In this document: positions 60,251 through 64,000 of the stretch, one piece after another
Position numbering within the stretch: position 1 is the stretch's first letter
How the letters are laid out: every line of letters begins with the position of its first letter
IMG/VR virus record: IMGVR_UViG_3300044825_001064
Location: 1,805 to 65,804 of that record
DNA length: 64,000 nucleotides
Source of the DNA: a virus
Taxonomy: Duplodnaviria > Caudoviricetes
Strand: one strand, 5' to 3'
Translations under genes and position numbers: made by a program
The notes under the pieces: generated by a model
The model's database searches: none
Told to the model about the DNA's origin: nothing
Seen by the model: only the letters and a program-made list of their open reading frames with translations

Positions 60251-60988
60251 ATGCAAACCAATAAAAAACCATCTGGATTCATTATCTACCGCGGCGCGAG
60301 TATGTTAAACGGCGCGCCGATTGTCGCCGTTGCGATTACCAAATCAACCAATGCGAAAACCGGCAATATGGTGCAAACCTATATTTTAGTAGATAACGGC
60401 CGCTCGCCAGTGGATAACGCTCGCGAGTTAATGGACGCGGCAATATGCGGCGATTGTAAACACCGGCGCGGGACTGGCGGCGCTTGCTATGTAAACCTAG
60501 GCCAAGGCCCGCGCGCCGTTGCCGCCGGTATTGAGCGCGGCATTTATCCCGCCGGATTACAAGAGGCCGCCGCATTATCGGCCGGCCGCATGGTTCGCTT
60601 AGGTACATACGGCGATCCCGCCGCCGTACCGGCTTATATTTGGCAAACCTTAGTAAGTAAGGCCGCCGGATATACAGGCTATTCTCATCAATGGCAGACC
60701 GGCAAGGCCGGCGCGGATATTATGGCCTTATGTATGGCCAGCGCTGATAGTGAAATTGAGCGCGCCGCCGCGGCCGCCATGGGTTACCGTACATTTCGCG
60801 TACGTACCGCCGCGGAGGCATTGGCCGCCGGCGAGTTTATTTGCCCTGCCAGTGAAGAGGCCGGCAAACGTAAAACGTGCGCCGAGTGCGGCGCGTGCAA
60901 TGGCGGGATCAATACGCGCAAGGCCTCGCCGGCCATTATCGCGCATGGATCATTAAAAAGTCGCTTTATTCCCATTCAATCAATCTAA
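60251..60988 (+). CDS. Cys-rich conserved early protein (gp88/radical-SAM-like fold suspected)
   Basis: SD AAGGAGG; NAKTG.MVQTYIL, ICGDC.HR...CYV, RLGTYGDP, TGYSHQW, CPAS...TCAECGAC. Confidence 0.8.
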   Translation: MQTNKKPSGFIIYRGASMLNGAPIVAVAITKSTNAKTGNMVQTYILVDNGRSPVDNARELMDAAICGDCKHRRGTGGACYVNLGQGPRAVAAGIERGIYPAGLQEAAALSAGRMVRLGTYGDPAAVPAYIWQTLVSKAAGYTGYSHQWQTGKAGADIMALCMASADSEIERAAAAAMGYRTFRVRTAAEALAAGEFICPASEEAGKRKTCAECGACNGGINTRKASPAIIAHGSLKSRFIPIQSI

Positions 60989-61002
60989 ACGGAGGGTTTA
61001 CC

Positions 61003-61521
61003 ATGGCATATATGAATCAGGATAAAAAGGCCGTAATTAAGGCCGCATTGGATCCAATAGCTAAACGGTACGGCATTAAGTACAGTTTGCGGGTACGTGA
61101 TCACATGGCCATAACGTGCACAATTACGGCCGCGCCGGTGGATTTTATCGGCAATTTTACGGCCAATACCGGCGATAAATTCAAGATCAACGGCGCGCCG
61201 CTCGATCATATTTCAGTCAACCCGTACTGGTATCAAGAGCATTTCACCGGCAAACCGCGCGAGATTATCGGCCAAATTGTGGAGGCCATGAAGGCCGCCG
61301 GATATTATGACAATAGCAATGCCCAAATCGATTATTTCGATACCGCGTATTATTTTGACGTCAATATCGGCCGGTATGATAAACCCTTCAAATTGACTAA
61401 ACCGACTACGCGCCAGGCCGGCGCGCTGATATTTGAAGACGCGCTTAGGGCCAAATTATTAGCGCAAGGGGTAACGGCCGATTTTATCGACAATAAAATG
61501 ATCATTCAGGCTATAGGGTAA
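61003..61521 (+). CDS. Conserved early hypothetical protein
   Basis: SD GGAGG, ATG at 61003; VNPYWY..HF, YDNS.AQ.DYFDTAYY.DVNIG. Confidence 0.8.
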   Translation: MAYMNQDKKAVIKAALDPIAKRYGIKYSLRVRDHMAITCTITAAPVDFIGNFTANTGDKFKINGAPLDHISVNPYWYQEHFTGKPREIIGQIVEAMKAAGYYDNSNAQIDYFDTAYYFDVNIGRYDKPFKLTKPTTRQAGALIFEDALRAKLLAQGVTADFIDNKMIIQAIG

Positions 61522-61579
61522 ACCCCTATTTTCGACATTAACGGATTGACCGACAATTAAACCATTAAACGGAGGATAT

Positions 61580-61777
61580 ATGAGTTACAACGAAGACTGC
61601 GCAAAAATTTGGAATCAACCACGCGCCGACAAGCCAACGTATCGGATTACGCGCATTGGTTACCGCCTCGACAAATTTTTAGTAATGGAGGACCATGGCG
61701 GATGGGCCAGTAGTGTTGGCAGTAGTTTTGACACTGAGGCAGAGGCAAACCAATTTATTAAGGAGCTAACACAATGA
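61580..61777 (+). CDS. Hypothetical protein
   Basis: SD GGAGG. Confidence 0.65.
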   Translation: MSYNEDCAKIWNQPRADKPTYRITRIGYRLDKFLVMEDHGGWASSVGSSFDTEAEANQFIKELTQ

Positions 61778-61944
61778 CATACCAACAATTACTTAACGAA
61801 CTATCAACCCTCAACGCGGAGCAATTAGCGCAAGACGTGACAATCTACGTTGAAAATAATGATGAATTCTACCCAGTGCAACACTTAGGCGTCAACGCGT
61901 ACAGTGACGTGCTAGACATCAATCACCCTTTTTTGGAGGTTTAA
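61774..61944 (+). CDS. Hypothetical protein (56 aa, MTYQQLLNEL...EQLAQDVTIY)
   Basis: SD AAGGAG; hand translation. Confidence 0.65.
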   Translation: MTYQQLLNELSTLNAEQLAQDVTIYVENNDEFYPVQHLGVNAYSDVLDINHPFLEV

Positions 61945-61946
61945 CC

Positions 61947-62252
61947 ATGCTATCACTTAATGACATCGACACAATCGAGTCGGACGATGACGTATCCGAG
62001 CTCGAGTATTACCAGGCATTGCAACGCGCTATCAATGCGGGCATGTGGGGTTTACAGGGCTCATATGGGCGCGCTATGATGGACGCTATTACGTCGGGGC
62101 ATTGCTTACTAGGATTGAAGGGCGCGCATGACGCATATGCCAATTACATACCCTCACGCTTACAAGTGAAGGACGGCACAAAGGGATCATGGGAATTCGT
62201 TAAGAATCGCATGGGTAAAGAATGGGCAACCACAATGGCAGGAGTTAAATAA
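61947..62252 (+). CDS. Hypothetical protein (WGLQGSYGR.A family)
   Basis: SD GGAGG. Confidence 0.75.
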   Translation: MLSLNDIDTIESDDDVSELEYYQALQRAINAGMWGLQGSYGRAMMDAITSGHCLLGLKGAHDAYANYIPSRLQVKDGTKGSWEFVKNRMGKEWATTMAGVK

Positions 62253-62555
62253 ATGAGATACAAAACACATAACCAAGACGATTTGATTAATATCAACGGT
62301 ACGCACCTTCAGGGGTGCGTAGTGACTGATTACTTCACATTAGAGCGCATATTTGGCAAACCCATCACAGGCGATATGCTCGACAATAAAGTGCAGGCAA
62401 AATGGGATCTAAAGTTTGAAGACGATCTCATTGGCACGATATACGACTGGAAGGAATACAGCACACCATTGCACAGCGTGCGGACGTGGCACATTGGCGG
62501 ACATCATAGTGAGATTGTCGAGCGTATCCGTTTAATCGTTAGGGAGGCATCATGA
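62253..62555 (+). CDS. Hypothetical protein (GTHLQG...TIYDWK...WHIGG family)
   Basis: SD AGGAG; widespread phage motif. Confidence 0.75.
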   Translation: MRYKTHNQDDLININGTHLQGCVVTDYFTLERIFGKPITGDMLDNKVQAKWDLKFEDDLIGTIYDWKEYSTPLHSVRTWHIGGHHSEIVERIRLIVREAS

Positions 62556-62734
62556 TTAAAATTAATGACGATGAAGTGGTGACCGTTATGCGAGCGCTTT
62601 ATTTTTACCATGACCTATATACAAACCAAGATCCCGATTTTACAGACGATGAGGTATTGCGCTCAATCATAGCAATACGTAATCGACTGGCAAAAGAGGT
62701 TAAACAAAGAGCATTTTTAGATGGAGGATTATGA
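62552..62734 (+). CDS. Hypothetical protein
   Basis: SD GGAGG, ATGA coupling. Confidence 0.6.
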   Translation: MIKINDDEVVTVMRALYFYHDLYTNQDPDFTDDEVLRSIIAIRNRLAKEVKQRAFLDGGL

Positions 62735-62901
62735 TGACCAGGAGCGAAATGGAATACCAAATTTGGCATGACCTCGGATACTTGGAGGCTAAGACCCCTC
62801 CAGAATATCAAGAGCATTTATGGAAGTTGAGCAATACCGAGTTATTTAATTTATGGTTAACGATCCACAACGCTAGGGAGGCACACAAAAATGAACATTG
62901 A
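62731..62901 (+). CDS. Hypothetical protein (56 aa)
   Basis: SD GGAGG; hand translation. Confidence 0.55.
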   Translation: MMTRSEMEYQIWHDLGYLEAKTPPEYQEHLWKLSNTELFNLWLTIHNAREAHKNEH

Positions 62902-63139
62902 TAACGCTAGAAAAATGGAGATGATGGCACGACCGTCACCATGCGATGGATGCCACAACAATACCCGCTGCGGGTATAGTTTACTAGCATGCAGAGCATT
63001 TCAGCATTATGTCAATAGTGGTTATGCTAGTGACCACTTGACAAAAGTACCGACTCGTAAGATATTTAATGCAGTATTTTACGAAGACGATGATTTAACC
63101 CTAAAAGACTTACGCAAACAATTAAGGAAAGAACTATGA
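62891..63139 (+). CDS. Cys-rich small protein (PCDGC...C...AC.AF)
   Basis: SD GGAGG. Confidence 0.65.
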   Translation: MNIDNARKMEMMARPSPCDGCHNNTRCGYSLLACRAFQHYVNSGYASDHLTKVPTRKIFNAVFYEDDDLTLKDLRKQLRKEL

Positions 63140-63426
63140 ACTTATACATCCCATCATTTACAGAAAACTTAATTGATACCGTAGACAAATTAGGCACAAT
63201 CAATCAGCAGATTGCTGAACTAGAGGCAACCGCTCGCAAGATTAAGGCCGAACTAATAGCGCGTGGCGTGGGCAAATATGCCGGCTCATCTTATATCGCT
63301 GAGGTGCAACACTACGACCGCGCCCAGATCAACCCCAAGCTAGTGCGCGAAATGGTAGACCCCGAGATTGTCTCAGCCGTTACTGAAATCAAGCAGGTGG
63401 ATGCCGTTGTAGTTAAGCACCTATGA
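63136..63426 (+). CDS. Hypothetical coiled-coil protein
   Basis: SD AAGGA; VD.LG.I..QIAEL motif. Confidence 0.7.
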   Translation: MNLYIPSFTENLIDTVDKLGTINQQIAELEATARKIKAELIARGVGKYAGSSYIAEVQHYDRAQINPKLVREMVDPEIVSAVTEIKQVDAVVVKHL

Positions 63427-63596
63427 GCGTATACAAGTACATCCTGATCGATGAGTTCGGAGGCGCTATTCGCAAGTTTGCGTCCAAGCGTGAGGCCATA
63501 CCATACCTTACCAATGGCGCTAAACTGATCAAGCTACCTCCGCAACCATCCAAATATCATCAAGCTATGTTATTATTAGGAGAGGCATTAATATGA
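63423..63596 (+). CDS. Hypothetical protein (57 aa)
   Basis: ATGA coupling at both ends; hand translation. Confidence 0.55.
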   Translation: MSVYKYILIDEFGGAIRKFASKREAIPYLTNGAKLIKLPPQPSKYHQAMLLLGEALI

Positions 63597-63775
63597 AAGT
63601 AGTTGGAGCGTTTATTGCTTTTTTAGCATTGTGGGGCTTTGAGACCCAAATTACCTTGACAGGGATAGTATGGCTATTATTTGGTATTTTTCTAATTGCT
63701 TCGCAACAATGTATCGATATACTAGGCCGAACCGTACGATTTATATATCGGAGTCGGAGTCGTGAGCAAAAATGA
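63593..63775 (+). CDS. Small membrane protein
   Basis: Two hydrophobic segments; SD AGGAG. Confidence 0.55.
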   Translation: MKVVGAFIAFLALWGFETQITLTGIVWLLFGIFLIASQQCIDILGRTVRFIYRSRSREQK

Positions 63776-64000
63776 CTTTTTAACCGACTATCTAAAGTCG
63801 CTGTACGGCATACCAGTCCTTGATTCTAAGGATGAGTATGCTTTAGCCAGGCGTATAGCGCAAGGTGACGATGATGCCCTTGAGGAGTTAGTCAAGCATA
63901 ATCTCCGATTTGTGGTCTATACGGTGCGCAAACTAACCGCATGGAATCACAGCCGAGTGCCGCAAGAGGATTTAATTGGACTGGGTAACGAGGCATTACT
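63762..64000 (+). CDS. Phage sigma70-family sigma factor (3'-partial)
   Basis: GTG 63762: DFLTDYLKSLYGIPVLDSKDEYALARRIAQGDDDALEELVKHNLRFVV...EDLIGLGNEAL = regions 1.2, 2.1, 2.2; absent from the ORF track because it runs off the window end. Confidence 0.9.
   Translation, partial: MSKNDFLTDYLKSLYGIPVLDSKDEYALARRIAQGDDDALEELVKHNLRFVVYTVRKLTAWNHSRVPQEDLIGLGNEAL

Overview
About 64 kb of a tailed dsDNA bacteriophage (Caudoviricetes). The gene set is podovirus-like and resembles uncultured freshwater phages; a betaproteobacterial host is only a guess. No host genes, integrase, tRNA or CRISPR array were seen. Layout: (1) 1-17.5 kb, + strand: replication and nucleotide genes (AEP primase-P4/D5 helicase, VRR-NUC, HNH, SNF2 helicase, DUF2800 exonuclease, DUF2815 SSB, class II RNR, PolA), with an embedded small late island carrying a TerS-like gene. 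(2) 17.5-59.3 kb, - strand: morphogenesis and lysis (TerL, portal, GroES, scaffold, MCP, a GPT-collagen fibre, six adaptor-sharing adhesin genes, GT2-TPR glycosyltransferase, two tip adhesins, holin, two endolysins, tail and ejection proteins). (3) 59.3-60.1 kb: repeat-rich non-coding origin/terminus region. (4) 60.1-64 kb, + strand: small early genes ending in a truncated phage sigma70-family factor. Most notable observations: a ten-copy phage promoter (TAGGGC-N16-GCGTATTAGT-N5-YA) in two classes, with a possible split-sigma cascade; an extein-less, degenerate intein (Hint+LAGLIDADG) standing alone upstream of TerL; a 24-blade hypervariable beta-propeller adhesin library next to a Thr-rich collagen and a glycosyltransferase; a recurrent [MYF]xxGG motif delimiting modules in virion proteins; and several pseudoknotted intergenic RNA candidates. 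All family calls come from recognising motifs by eye, not from database searches.
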